64,000 bases of DNA, from the NCBI GenBank assembly GCA_963818475.1, contig CAWFSF010000006.1:608001-672000 (forward strand), given 5' to 3'. This DNA comes from Nitrospirota bacterium. Its GTDB lineage: Bacteria; Nitrospirota; UBA9217. The position numbers were made by a program, and so were the translations under genes. Each line of letters starts with the position of its first letter. The stretch's first letter is position 1. The notes beneath the pieces were generated by a model, which ran no database searches, was not told where the DNA came from, and saw nothing but the letters and a program-made list of their open reading frames with translations. Below are positions 30,823-42,316 of this stretch, piece after piece.

Positions 30823-32231
30823 TGTACTCCCAAAATGATAATGTCCTATTCTCCCAAAGTAGAAATGTCCTATTCTAAGTTACAATACCCTGATGTAATT
30901 GGAGGGTACTGTGACAGAAATGGACATGATCACTATGAGCAGGAGAGAAACAAAAAGACTGCACATTATCCACCAAGCATTGGATAAAAGGATCACGCAG
31001 AAGACAGCTGCTGAACTTGTAGGCTTGAGCAGCAGGCAGATTCGACGGATACTCAAACGAGTACGGAAGGAGGGAGACGACGGCATCAGTCACCGATCCC
31101 GCGGCAAAACCTCGAATCGTCGATTCCCTCAGAAGGCAAAAGACAAGGCACTCAAGCTGTATCGGGAGAAATACAGTGATTTTGGCCCCACCTTTGCCTG
31201 CGAGAAGCTTCTTGATGTTCATGAAATCAAGCTAAGCGACGAAACCCTCCGTCTATGGCTTAATCAGGAAAGCATCCCTTACGAGAAGCGCAAGGGTAGA
31301 AAGCACCGGCAATGGCGCGAGAGGAAGCATCATTTTGGTGAAATGCTCCAGATGGATGGCTCCCATCATGCCTGGTTCGAAGGCCGGGGTCCTGAGAGCG
31401 TATTAATGGGATATATCGATGATGCCACAGGAACGGTGTATGGGCGCTTTTATGATTATGAGGGGACCATGCCAGCCATGGATAGCTTCAAGCGGTATAT
31501 CAAGCGCTACGGCATTCCACAGAGTGTCTATTTGGACAAGCACTCAACGTATAAATCCAATGCCAAGCAGAGCATCGAGGATGAGTTGGAAGATAGAAAA
31601 CCCATGAGCCAGTTCGAAAGGAGTCTAACCGAACTGGGGTAACGGTCATCCATGCGAATTCACCCCAGGCAAAAGGCAGGATAGAAAGAAGTTTTCGAAC
31701 GCTCCAGGATCGATTGGTTAAAGAGATGAGGCTTGCCAGGGTAAACAGTGTTGTGCAGGCAAACGAATTCCTGATAAAGTATCATCCAATATACAATGCG
31801 AAATTCAAGGTAAAACCCGTTTCTGCAGCCGATGTACACCAACGCGCGCTATCCATAAGGGAACTCGACAAGATCTTCTGCATTCGAGAGGAGCGTACGC
31901 TACGGAACGATTTCACCATAGCTTATAATGGCAAACTGTACCAGATCAAAGACGCTATAAAGACTCAAAAGGTCGCAGTGGAAGAACGACTCGATGGATC
32001 TCTGCATATCACTCACAGGGGCTTGGAATTAACATATCGGGAGATCAAAACACGGCCAGCGAAAGAAAACCCTAAAACACCGGCAGTCAATAAGAAACCG
32101 ACAAGTCGGTATCAACCATCAGATCATCCATGGAAGAGACTCCGCAGAGCAAATGTACAATTTCCAATTGCTTCCTAAAAGCGGACATTTCTATCTTGGT
32201 AAGAGTAGGACATTTCTACTTTGGGTTGACA
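30823..32231 (+). mobile_element. IS1202-family (formerly ISNCY) insertion sequence with a 16-bp target site duplication
   Basis: TGT...ACA ends, two CCCAAAGTAGAAATGTCC-like subterminal repeats per end, flanked by TCCCACATGGGAATCT at 30807-30822 and 32232-32247. Confidence 0.88.
30911..32178 (+). CDS. DDE (rve-type) transposase, frameshift in a G run near 31640
   Basis: HTH N-terminus, GEMLQMDGS, YIDDATG, YLDKH, then SPQAKGRIER..TLQDRL, C-terminal DHPW. Confidence 0.9.
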
Positions 32232-32247
32232 TCCCACATGGGAATCT

Positions 32248-32276
32248 TTGACATCGCCGCTGATTAGGCATATATT
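32248..32276 (+). promoter_or_regulatory. Putative sigma70 promoter for the AT-rich genes
   Basis: TTGACA-N17-TATATT immediately after the right target duplication. Confidence 0.55.
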
Positions 32277-32364
32277 CATGGCAACGTATGCGGGAAAAGC
32301 ATTTACATAATGGATTTGCTGGCGGTGCAGAAATCAAGGGCATCCGATAGACGCTGAAAAGGCT

Positions 32365-34463
32365 ATGTCCATGGATATTTTTAAAAGACTAAAAAAACAA
32401 TTAGAAAATAATGAGATTAATAAAGCTGCGGAAACCTTGATTCAGATTCATGACAAATATAAAGAAAAATGGCTTACAAGTATAAAACTTAACGGCGTTT
32501 TCCCGGAACCAATATCCCACAAATTTTCTTCTCGGATACTTGGCTATCTGTTAAAAACACTTCAAAAGATGTGGACTGATAGGCCGGATATTAATTTTCA
32601 AGAAGAAGTTGTCGAGCTAATCCATTCCATATTAGTACTCCACCTAAAAATCGAGCAGATCAATCAACACTTGAATGCTTCCGAATTTTTCATGTTCGAT
32701 CCAGTTAAACAAATGCAAATGCTATTTGTGTTTATAGAAGACCAATCTAGATTGGGTCAGGCAATATTATTAAAAAGTTTCGAAAAAAAAGGAAAATTCA
32801 CTGGAATTGATTTGATAAAAAGTAGCTTCGATAATCCTCTAACTGGGGATTCTGTGTCCATTGTAGACAATCATGAAAATTTGGTCGATGCTGTTGATCT
32901 TATCTTAAGATATATATATTGGAAGCATGAAAAAGTAGACGGAGAGCATCATGACAATGTTAGTCCTTATAATCTGAAGCAATTTCGCCTTCTGCTGGAA
33001 TTGGCGGTAATAAGAAACGCTATAGATATTATTTGGCAAAATACTAAATATAGAGAGTGGAAATGCATAGCAAGAGATAAGTCATTCTATTTTATGCCAT
33101 GCGATAGTGACGCATTTGTTAAAGAGAATGCAGCAGTTGATAGATATCGCCTATATGTCAACGAATTGTCTAGTCAAGCTAGATATGGTGAACTTTCAGA
33201 TTCTATTAATTTGTTTAGTAAAATCATTTCAGAAATAAAAGTTAACATTTCCGCCGCACCATGGGATTTAGATGTAAACGTTAGTCAGTTGCAAGAGTTG
33301 CTGTCATTGCCGATGCCAAGGGATATTGTGACAGAGAAACTGTTCGATGAGTTTTATAAGGAAAATATTGCTGATTTGTTATTCGGACCGCCAAGCATGC
33401 ACGTGAGAGGTGGCGATCTCTTGCTGGCCACCAAATATCTCTACATATTGGCTTCTATTTATCAAAATAACAGCTGGCCAGTAGCTGATCAAAAAGATGC
33501 CAAAGCTTATGATGTGTTAATCCCAACAATAAAAATAAAAACATTGATTGATTTATTATCAAAAGCATGCAATTGGCCTGAAGCGAGGTGTGAAAATGCT
33601 CTGGAGCTACTTTTTTTTAATGTCAATTATGCAAAATTAGACTTATCGTTACAGCCCTTGACACGGATCGGAAATGGTTATTGTTTATTAATTCCGATAA
33701 TAAGCTTGAGCATAAATATTGTGCGGCTCTTCGAATCTCATATGTTGCAATGGAACATTAGTCTAAAAGATCGGGGGAAATTATTTGAAAAAGAAGTCAG
33801 AGATAGAATTGCGGATCTCAATATTCCCGTCATTTCAAGTTCCATATGCTTTAAAGCTTCAGACAATAAAGATGTCGAATATGATGTAATCGCCTGGTTC
33901 AAAAATTATCTGGTTCTCATAGAAGCAAAATGCCTATGTACGCCCTATTCTCCAATCGATTCGTAGAATTGCAGGAGGAAATTGGCCAGCGGTGTTGAAC
34001 AATTGAAAGAAGACGAAAGATAGTTCACACCGATTGGGATAAAATTCGAAAACTATCTAATATTGATTTGCCGAGTAACCCACCTGAAGAGAATAAAGTT
34101 CTATGCCTAGTGCTTACAAATATCTTTCATTTTACTGGACTAGAAATCGATAATGTGCGTGTCGCCGATTTACATTGTTTTTATAGATATCTATCTGACC
34201 CTGATATCGAGGCAATTAACTTCGATGATGATGGTGTCAAGCGATCATCAGTAATAGATCGATTGTGGGCATCTACAGAACCTGACCCTGTTGAAATGTG
34301 GGACTACGTAGCATAATCCACTTGGTTTAAAAAATATCATTGAAAAGGCAACGTTTGCATTTTCTCCCATTTTGCCTTTTACTGATGAAGATAGTGTCTT
34401 ATTCATGCCTTATGTTAAAGTAATGGATAAATCTAGCAAAACTAAGATAGAGATGGTCAGTTA
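32365..34463 (+). pseudogene. Large AT-rich protein with a C-terminal NERD/PD-(D/E)XK nuclease-like domain, interrupted
   Basis: GKLFEKEV...EYDVIAWFKNYLVLIEAKC; TAG at 33964, then GVEQL, a frameshift into the 34068 ORF, and another shift near 34315. Confidence 0.6.
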
Positions 34464-34647
34464 ATAGGTGCCGTAACAAAGACAATAACGGTATAGCATC
34501 TTTTTTGTGACATTGATTAACTGGGAGATTTGCTGTAAAGACGTTTAAGTCAACTTACAGTCCATGTTCTGCATATTTGAGAGAGCTGGAAGAACTCGAA
34601 GAAAATAATATAAACGTAACACTTGAATCGCGTATTGAAAAAAAATC

Positions 34648-36186
34648 ATGATAATTCAAAACAAAGAAGTATGCAAGCTTTATAAACCATTGCGCAATCG
34701 CCTTCGTGAAATAAGCATTGAAGACTCATTTAAAGTTATCTGGGCATATGTTCAGTATTTGAAATTCGATAAACCACTCCCTTCTGACATAGAAGTTGAT
34801 ACACACTTATTAAATGCACCCTTACCAGAAAAAGGTGTCTACTTGTGGACTCTTGAATTACTCACGAGAGAGGTCATTATAAATTCAAGTAAGAGAGTGT
34901 CATATGACGAGACATTAAGAAAATATTCCTTTTTTGCTGAAACTATAAATGTGATTATAAAGCTTGAAGATAATATTACAAGAAAGTACGTCAACAAAGA
35001 TAATATCTCAGCAGAATTGTTTAGAATAGCACACAGGCAGTTTCCGTGGCAGACTAACGCTGATATCAAATTTCTGACCAGATATTTTAAAATTTTCAAT
35101 CAGGAAGCCTTGGACAAAATTATTCGAAATACGATAAATCTTTCTGTTGTGGAATTATATTTAATCGGGCATGCGTTTCTTGGCGCTTATTTTCAGAATC
35201 CCGCTATCCGGGATAATATTGACATTGGTTCTGAATTTCTGACTAAAGATAAATTTGAAATGTTTAATCAGGTTTTTGCTAAAGAGATAGGCCAAATGAA
35301 GGATGCGATTGTATCCGAACAGCAATTTAACGATAAATATGTCTACGCATATTCATCACTAAAAGAGTTTCCGGTAATTCGAATGAAATTTCAGGGAATG
35401 GCTTGTCTCGTTTGTCCATTGCCCCCTATGTTGTTTTGGAGAATAACGTCAGGGTTGTATTATCAAATAAACACCAAAGAAGGATTTGGCCAACCTTTCG
35501 GACATTCTTTCCAATCCTATGTGGGTGATGTAATTGCGAACGCGCGAAAAGGTGATAGATTAAAAGCATTTTCCGATGAAGAATATCACGTCGGGAAAAA
35601 AACGAGAAAAGATACAGCAGATTGGATAGTTAATGACGAGAAAAGTAATTCCGCAATATTTATTGAATGTAAAACTAAACGAGTGGTATATCCTGCCAAA
35701 ATTGATTTAACGATTACGGGACATATAACGGATGAATTCAAAAAAATGGCGGAGTTTATCGCTCAATTGTACCAGACGATAGGTGACTATAAAAATAATC
35801 GATATAAATCATTTAAGTATTCCGAAAGCCGAATCATCTATCCAATCATTGTCACTCTAGAAGGTTGGTATTTTATGAGCAAGCAACTGGACGATTTATT
35901 AAGAATGTTAGTTGAAAAAGAGTTTCAAAGATCGAACCTTAAAACGAGTTTACTCGATGAAATGCCCTACTCAATCTGCTCGATAGAAGAATTTGAAGAA
36001 ATGATTCAAATTATGCAAGAGACCGGTATCAATAATTTCATGAGTGATAAAGTTTTCGACAAGGACAGAAATAGATGGGCTTTTAAGGAGTATATCAGAA
36101 ATAAATTCCCTGACGAGTTAAGCAAAACCAAATTCCTTTTTGACGCTGATTATAGAAAGTTATCGTCCAATATCAACCTTATTTAA
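34648..36186 (+). CDS. Hypothetical protein with a C-terminal PD-(D/E)XK nuclease-like motif
   Basis: 512-aa AT-rich ORF; GHSFQSYV...DTADWIV...IFIECKTKR...AQLY. Confidence 0.7.
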   Translation: MIIQNKEVCKLYKPLRNRLREISIEDSFKVIWAYVQYLKFDKPLPSDIEVDTHLLNAPLPEKGVYLWTLELLTREVIINSSKRVSYDETLRKYSFFAETINVIIKLEDNITRKYVNKDNISAELFRIAHRQFPWQTNADIKFLTRYFKIFNQEALDKIIRNTINLSVVELYLIGHAFLGAYFQNPAIRDNIDIGSEFLTKDKFEMFNQVFAKEIGQMKDAIVSEQQFNDKYVYAYSSLKEFPVIRMKFQGMACLVCPLPPMLFWRITSGLYYQINTKEGFGQPFGHSFQSYVGDVIANARKGDRLKAFSDEEYHVGKKTRKDTADWIVNDEKSNSAIFIECKTKRVVYPAKIDLTITGHITDEFKKMAEFIAQLYQTIGDYKNNRYKSFKYSESRIIYPIIVTLEGWYFMSKQLDDLLRMLVEKEFQRSNLKTSLLDEMPYSICSIEEFEEMIQIMQETGINNFMSDKVFDKDRNRWAFKEYIRNKFPDELSKTKFLFDADYRKLSSNINLI

Positions 36187-36212
36187 AGCTTAACTTCTTT
36201 ATGAGGTAGACT

Positions 36213-36962
36213 ATGAAGCTGTCATGGCAAATTGAGAGTAGTGATATTGAAAAGTTCAAAACATTTTACGAGAAACACCAGAGCAATGCGTTTGTTCAAG
36301 AAAGAATTGAAAGAAATGTAAAGAAGAGTCTTCCTCCTTTATCAAATGAACATATTTGGGAAGCCATGATAGCATGTCTGCTGACTACGCAGCAACGGTC
36401 AGGCCCAGAGAGTTCAGTGACAAGATTCATTTGTGCAAAACCATTCCCGTTGCATTACTCAGAATGCAAATCGGTAGATAATCTTCAACGGACTGTAGAA
36501 GAAACCATAACTGCATTTGGGGGATTGAGAAGAGCTAAAACAATCGGAGAAGAGGTTGAATTCAACTTTCGCTGGCTGGAAGACGGCGGGTGGAAGGCAG
36601 TACAAGAAATAGTTAAAGATATATCCAATAATCAGACGATAGAGACTGAAAGAAAGTCCGCCGAAACAATTATAAGTAACCTAAAAGGATTCGGACCCAA
36701 ACAGTCAAGGAATTTACTACAATCCCTTGGATTGACTCAATATGAAATACCGATTGATAGCAGAATTGTAAAGTGGCTAATGGAGTTCGGATTCCCAATA
36801 AAATTATCAGCGACAGCACTTAGTGATAGCAATTATTACAATTTTGTATTGGATGGCTTTCAGTTTGTCTGTAAAGCCAGCGAAATATTACCTTGTGTAA
36901 TGGATGCCGCTATTTTTTCGAGTTTTGACGGCAAATGGACTAAGGATAAGATTGTTTGGTAA
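36213..36962 (+). CDS. HhH-superfamily DNA glycosylase/AP lyase-like protein (OGG2-like)
   Basis: NLKGFGPKQSRNLLQSLG...IPIDSRI...DAAIF parallels the HhH-Lys/Asp layout of thermostable 8-oxoG glycosylases; GAGG RBS. Confidence 0.6.
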   Translation: MKLSWQIESSDIEKFKTFYEKHQSNAFVQERIERNVKKSLPPLSNEHIWEAMIACLLTTQQRSGPESSVTRFICAKPFPLHYSECKSVDNLQRTVEETITAFGGLRRAKTIGEEVEFNFRWLEDGGWKAVQEIVKDISNNQTIETERKSAETIISNLKGFGPKQSRNLLQSLGLTQYEIPIDSRIVKWLMEFGFPIKLSATALSDSNYYNFVLDGFQFVCKASEILPCVMDAAIFSSFDGKWTKDKIVW

Positions 36963-37192
36963 CCCACCAATTGTCATGCTGCACCAGTGGCGATTCCCCA
37001 CTGCAGCAACCATGTTCACTCCGAGAAGTAACTGCGTCAGTTGATGCTTGTTGTGCGGCTAGCTATAAAAAATCTATCATACTCTCTTGCGATGATGGGT
37101 CTCCATGCCTTGTTCGTAGAGTTCGTCGAGATTGACATAAGAACCGCTTTACAATCACCGCCAATTGTTGTATCACTACGGTTCAAACCATC

Positions 37193-38509
37193 ATGCAGAC
37201 AAACATCCGTAAAAAAGTCTTTTCCCTGGCACTGCCGGTCGTGCTCTCGAGCCTGCTCCAGCGTTCGGTCGGCATCGTCGACATCTTCCTGGTCGGCGGC
37301 CTCGGCGCGTCCGCCATTGCTGCCGTGGGCATGGCGCAGCTCATGGTCTTCGTGGTCATGAGCCTGTCCTGGGGCATCAATATCGGGGTGACGGTGCTGG
37401 TCTCGCAGTTATGGGGGGCTGACCGCAAGCAGGAGGCGGCCAAAGCGGCTTATCAGGCGATGCTGCTGGTTATCGCGGCGACGGCGGTCATTACCGTTAT
37501 CGGCCTCATGTTCGGCGGAAAGGTCGCGGCGCTGCTCGGCGCTGACCCGGTTGTGCAGGGGATCCTCGCGGAATATACGACGATCCTCTTTTCGTTCATC
37601 CTGTTCACGATCGCGCTCAATGTTCTTTCCGGCATCATGCACGGCACCGGTGACACCAAAACACCGCTCTATGCTGTTCTGCTCGTGAATATTCTGCATG
37701 TTGTCGTGGCTTATCCGCTCATATACGGCCGTTTTGGATTTCCGGCTCTTGGCGTAAAAGGTGCAGCCATTGCCATCGGCATATCCGAATGCCTCGGTGC
37801 GACGTTCCTCTTGATGCGGTCAATGCATAAGGGCTATGTGGCAGTGAGCAGACATCTTGAGATGCGCTTAACGTCCATGACCGTGAAGCTGGGCTATCCC
37901 ATCTTTATCGACCGCCTGCTCCAGAACACCGGGTCTCTGCTCTTTGCTAAGGTGATCCTGCTGTACGGTACGACCGTGTATGCGGCGCACCAGGTGGGAC
38001 TTGCCGTCGAAGCTTTTTCGTTCATGCCGGGCTACGGCATTGCCGTTGCCGCGGCCACCCTGGTAGGGCAGAACCTGGGCGCCGGCAGAGAACAGGATGC
38101 CCGCATCTCGGCCTACGAAGCGAACCGCCTTGCCGTCCTTCTCATGGCTGCCATGGGCATGGTCTTTTTCTTTTTCCCCTATATATTGCTCCGGGCTTTT
38201 ACAAACGATCCGGATGTGATACAGTACGGCATCCTGTACATGAAGATCGTTGCTTTTGCCCAGGTCCCGCTTGCCATCACCATGGTCGTGGGAGGGGCGC
38301 TCCGGGGGGCAGGGGACACGGGCTTCATCATGTTCGGAACGATCGCGGGCATGTGGTTTGTCCGGCTGCCGCTGGCCGCGCTGCTTGCAGTGGTCGTGAA
38401 GGCTGAGATCCATTACGTATGGTCGGTCATGATCTTTGACTGGCTTATCCGGATGTCGCTGCTGATCTGGCGCTATCGGAAGATCAGTTGGGGCAGGCTT
38501 GAGGTATGA
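37193..38509 (+). CDS. MATE family efflux transporter
   Basis: About 12 TM helices, LALP, GDTKTP, LGVKGAAIA, LRGAGDT. Confidence 0.92.
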   Translation: MQTNIRKKVFSLALPVVLSSLLQRSVGIVDIFLVGGLGASAIAAVGMAQLMVFVVMSLSWGINIGVTVLVSQLWGADRKQEAAKAAYQAMLLVIAATAVITVIGLMFGGKVAALLGADPVVQGILAEYTTILFSFILFTIALNVLSGIMHGTGDTKTPLYAVLLVNILHVVVAYPLIYGRFGFPALGVKGAAIAIGISECLGATFLLMRSMHKGYVAVSRHLEMRLTSMTVKLGYPIFIDRLLQNTGSLLFAKVILLYGTTVYAAHQVGLAVEAFSFMPGYGIAVAAATLVGQNLGAGREQDARISAYEANRLAVLLMAAMGMVFFFFPYILLRAFTNDPDVIQYGILYMKIVAFAQVPLAITMVVGGALRGAGDTGFIMFGTIAGMWFVRLPLAALLAVVVKAEIHYVWSVMIFDWLIRMSLLIWRYRKISWGRLEV

Positions 38510-38690
38510 GGCCTGGATAACGAATATTTTAGCCGCGATAAGACGCTGAAGCGCTGAGAAAGTCATGTATAGTTACACGATCCCTCAGCGTTCTTGCAGC
38601 TCAGCGGTAGATTCATCTAGCTACGAAATCTGCGATTCATCTGCGAGCCATCTGGACCGATTTGAAGTTAAATCAATAGAAGGAGGCGCC

Positions 38691-38867
38691 ATGGCGGAAT
38701 TGTATACCATGATCGGCAAGGAAGTCGAGGTCATCGCGAACGGGACGGTGTATAAAGGGGTGCTGATCGAAGTGTCGGAATCCGAGGTGCATCTGAAAGG
38801 GCAGCTGCAGTGGATAGCGCTTCCTGCGTCAAGCGTGAGCCAGGTAAAACTGGCAGGACAACGCTAG
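38691..38867 (+). CDS. Small protein with probable Sm/SH3-like fold
   Basis: AGGAGG RBS; MIGKEVEV..NGTVYKGVLIEV...VHL pattern. Confidence 0.6.
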   Translation: MAELYTMIGKEVEVIANGTVYKGVLIEVSESEVHLKGQLQWIALPASSVSQVKLAGQR

Positions 38868-38892
38868 CAGGATCCACTGCCTTTTCTCTTGT

Positions 38893-39309
38893 TCACGTGG
38901 TGCCCGCAGCCAGTTCCGCCTGCAGCGTCTTGTGCATGCTTCCGGGCATGCGTTTTGCCTTCCCACGTTTTGAAACGCATACGAGCTTTGTGCTGCCCTC
39001 AGCAACCAGCCTGCCTGAATTCTTCTCTTTAATCCGATGTTCAATGGTCAGGGCTGCCGCAGCCAATTCCCTCAGCCTGGTTTCTACAACGAGCACGTCT
39101 CCGTATTGAGCATATGACCGGTAATGCAGTTCGAGGTCGGTGACCGCGAAGAGCTCCCCCTGCTCCATGAGCCGGGGAAGCGATATGCCGATGCTGTCCA
39201 GGTATTCCGTTCTTCCGCGCTCCATGTATTTAACATGGTTGGCGTAATAGATGATTCCCCCGGCATCCGTGTCTTCGTAATACATCTTGATTTCCATGCT
39301 ATGGATCAT
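38893..39309 (-). CDS. YbgC/FadM family acyl-CoA thioesterase
   Basis: YEDTDAGGIIYYANHVKYMERGR hotdog motif. Confidence 0.88.
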   Translation of the reverse strand: MIHSMEIKMYYEDTDAGGIIYYANHVKYMERGRTEYLDSIGISLPRLMEQGELFAVTDLELHYRSYAQYGDVLVVETRLRELAAAALTIEHRIKEKNSGRLVAEGSTKLVCVSKRGKAKRMPGSMHKTLQAELAAGTT

Positions 39310-39559
39310 GCCATGCTCCTCACGTTGTGCAGTGTAAAATAAATTGCAATCCTTGTCGAGTCAATTCGTGGCAGGATCTGAAAGCGAGTCAAACCAAAGA
39401 TAGTGGTCTGGATCTCAGGTTTCTTGTTGCTGAATATGTGCACGGGGTTGCACAACATTGACACTGGGGCGGCAATATGTTACTTTTTGAAAAAAATGAG
39501 CGGATACGTGTATTGCTGCCTGCACACTGTGCGGCTCTTTATTGCGCAGGATTGATATT

Positions 39560-40913
39560 ATGCACCAAGAGAGAATTCTATTGAAACTGGCCTTAATCAC
39601 ACCTAAAGGCGTCTTGTTCGGTTCGGATCCGGAGGTAGCCGGCTTTTTCAAGGATATTCTTTCCAAAACAGCGCGCGATCCTTTCATTCCAAAATACACT
39701 TCCTGGTCCGGCCCGTCACTGGGGCTCCTGATCGTGGCGTCCCTGACCCCTTCCGATTTCGAAATCGTCTACCTTGATGAAAATTACGAAGAAATAGACT
39801 TCACCGTGCGTTATGATCTGGTTGCGCTGTCGGCCATGACGCAGCAGGCCACCCGGGCATACGAGATCGCTGATGAGTTCAGACGCAGGAAGGTGAAGGT
39901 CGTTATCGGCGGGATCCATGCCACGGTCATGGAGGACGAGGCAGGAACACACGCTGATGCGGTGGTCATTGGCGAAGCGGAGAACACCTGGCCTGCCCTG
40001 ATCAGCGATTTTCTCCAGGGAAAAATGCAGCGGATCTACCGCAGCGCTGTTCCTGTTGATCTGACGCGATCGCCGCAACCCCGCTACGATCTCCTGAAAA
40101 AATATGATTACAAGATGATCTGGGTCCAGACGACGCGCGGCTGTCCGCGTGACTGTGATTTCTGCAGCGCTTCGAAAGTATACGGAAAGGCTTTCAGGCA
40201 CAAACGCATCGACCAGGTCCTCGACGAGATACGCGTTATCCAGAGCCTGTGGAGCAACCCGTTCATTAATTTCGCCGATGATAATATGTTCCTGGACAGG
40301 TCCTATGCCGGCGAGTTGGTGCACGCTCTTGCTGCGCTCAGGGTGCAATGGACGGCGCAGTCGGACCTGGCAATAGGTGAGGACGAGGCGCTCCTGGACC
40401 GGCTGAGGAGGAGCGGCTGCAAAGTGCTCTTTATCGGTTTTGAAACGCTCTCAAAAGGGAATACGCTTGACGTCCACGGGTGGAAGATGAAAAAGATCGA
40501 GGCCTATCCCGCGATCATTGAAAAGATCCAGTCGCGGGGCATCGGCATTATGGGGGCATTTATCGTGGGACTCGATGGTGATGATCGCACCGTCTTCGAC
40601 TCCCTCTATGCGTTCATCATGGAGAACCTGTCTGTATGCCGCTCAAGTGACTATCCTGACCCCCTTGCCGGGGACCCGATTGCGGCAGCGGCTGCTGGAG
40701 GCGGACCGCATCATAACCAGTAACTGGAAACGATATACCTTCGTCGATGTCAACTTCAGGCCAATGAAAATGTCGGCGGGGGAACTGCAGGCAGGAACGC
40801 TCGATCTTTATCAACGGATCTACAGCAAGGAATCACGCTCAGCAGTAATGAAGCACTTCAGGCAGCTCTACCGGTCCCTTCGGTGCTCACCGGCAGCAGG
40901 CAGCGAACCGTAG
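39560..40913 (+). CDS. B12-binding domain radical SAM protein (frameshift near 40630)
   Basis: GGIHAT, GEAE, RGCPRDCDFC, FADDN, IGFE, then LTPLPGT in a second frame. Confidence 0.88.
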
Positions 40914-40938
40914 GTCCATTCCGTATTCCTCTCTCAGC

Positions 40939-42298
40939 CTAGGGCAGATCAACCTTCAGTTTTTTCAGCTTCCGGTACAGGGTCGCCAGGTCGACGCCAA
41001 GCGCTTCGGCAGTCGTCTCCTTGTTCCCCTTATGCTCGGTCAGGCTGCGTTTGATGTATTCCCGCTCGTAGCGTATCCAGCGCCTGGCGAAGTGATGAGG
41101 TGGGAACCCCTTCGAGGTCCAGGGTCCTGAACTTGTCCGGAAGATCGTGGATGGTGATCGTGTCGCCGTCAGCCAGAACAACCGCACGTTCGATGGTGTT
41201 CCCGAGCTCGCGGATGTTGCCCGGCCAGTCATAGGCGAGCATGGCCTGCATGGCCTCGTAGTCGATATCCTTGATGTTCTTGCAGGCCTCCTTGGCGAAG
41301 ATCGCCATATAGTGCTTGATGAGCACCGCAATATCGTCGCGCCGTTCCCGGAGCGGCGGCATTTTGATCTCGATGACGTTCAGGCGGTAGTAGAGGTCTT
41401 CACGGAAGCGCCCTTCCTTTACGCGCTGCGCCAGGTCGGCATTCGTGGCCGCGATGACCCTGACATCGACATTGATGACGCGGGTGTCGCCGACCGGCGT
41501 CAGCTCCCTGGTCTGGATCACGTGCAGCAGCTTGACCTGCAGCGACAGCGGCATTTCACCGATCTCGTCCAGGAACAGCGTTCCGCCGTTCGCCATGGTG
41601 ATGAGCCCTTTTTTGTCCTCATTGGCCGAGGTAAACGAGCCTTTCTTATGGCCGAAGAGCTCGCTTTCGAGCAGGTTCTCGGGGATCGCGCCGCAGTTGA
41701 TCGAGATGAACGGCTTGTCCTTGCGCGGACCGGACTCATGGATCGCCTGCGCGACCAGGCCTTTGCCGGTGCCGCTGTCGCCGGTTATCAGGATGTTGGT
41801 CTTGCTGGGGATCACTTTTTCCATGATGGCGAAGATCTTCACCATGGCGTCCGATGTCCCGATGATCGCTGAAAAGGCAGCCGGCCGCTGACTGAGCTCC
41901 TGGCGAAGGATCTGGTTCTCCATCTCGAGGTTCTTGCTGCCGATGATGCGTTTGACGGACAGGCGGATCTCATCGTTGATGAAGGGTTTGGTAATATAAT
42001 CGGTTGCGCCGGCCTTCATGGCCTCGACGGCTGAACCGACCGAGCCGAAGGAGGTCATCATGATCACCGACGTCACCGGACTGATCTTCTGGGTCTCTCG
42101 AAGGACTGCGAAGCCGTCCATTTTCTCCATCTTGATATCGGTCATCACGATGTCGAAATTTTCCTGCTTGATAAGGTCGATGGCCATTTCACCGTTATAG
42201 GCTTCCTTGACCGCATAGCCCTCTTTTGACAGGATGAAATTCAACGCCTTGCAAATATCTTTTTCGTCATCAACGACCAGGATGCTGGATTTCTGCAT
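40939..42298 (-). CDS. NtrC-family sigma-54-dependent response regulator (frameshift before the HTH)
   Basis: Receiver domain, GDSGTGK, ESELFGHKKGSFTSA, LDEIG, WPGNIREL, ATLYRKL. Confidence 0.92.
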
Positions 42299-42316
42299 GA
42301 ATAGTGGTCTCCTTTG

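Noticed and set aside
31630-31650. Programmed frameshift in the transposase
   Set aside because: The break is a missing G in a homopolymer mid catalytic domain, matching the window-wide error pattern; no slippery heptamer seen.
36958-37075. Additional attC sites after the AT-rich genes (also near 34470-34560)
   Set aside because: Only partial complementarity; box spacing and core sites do not fit well enough to call.
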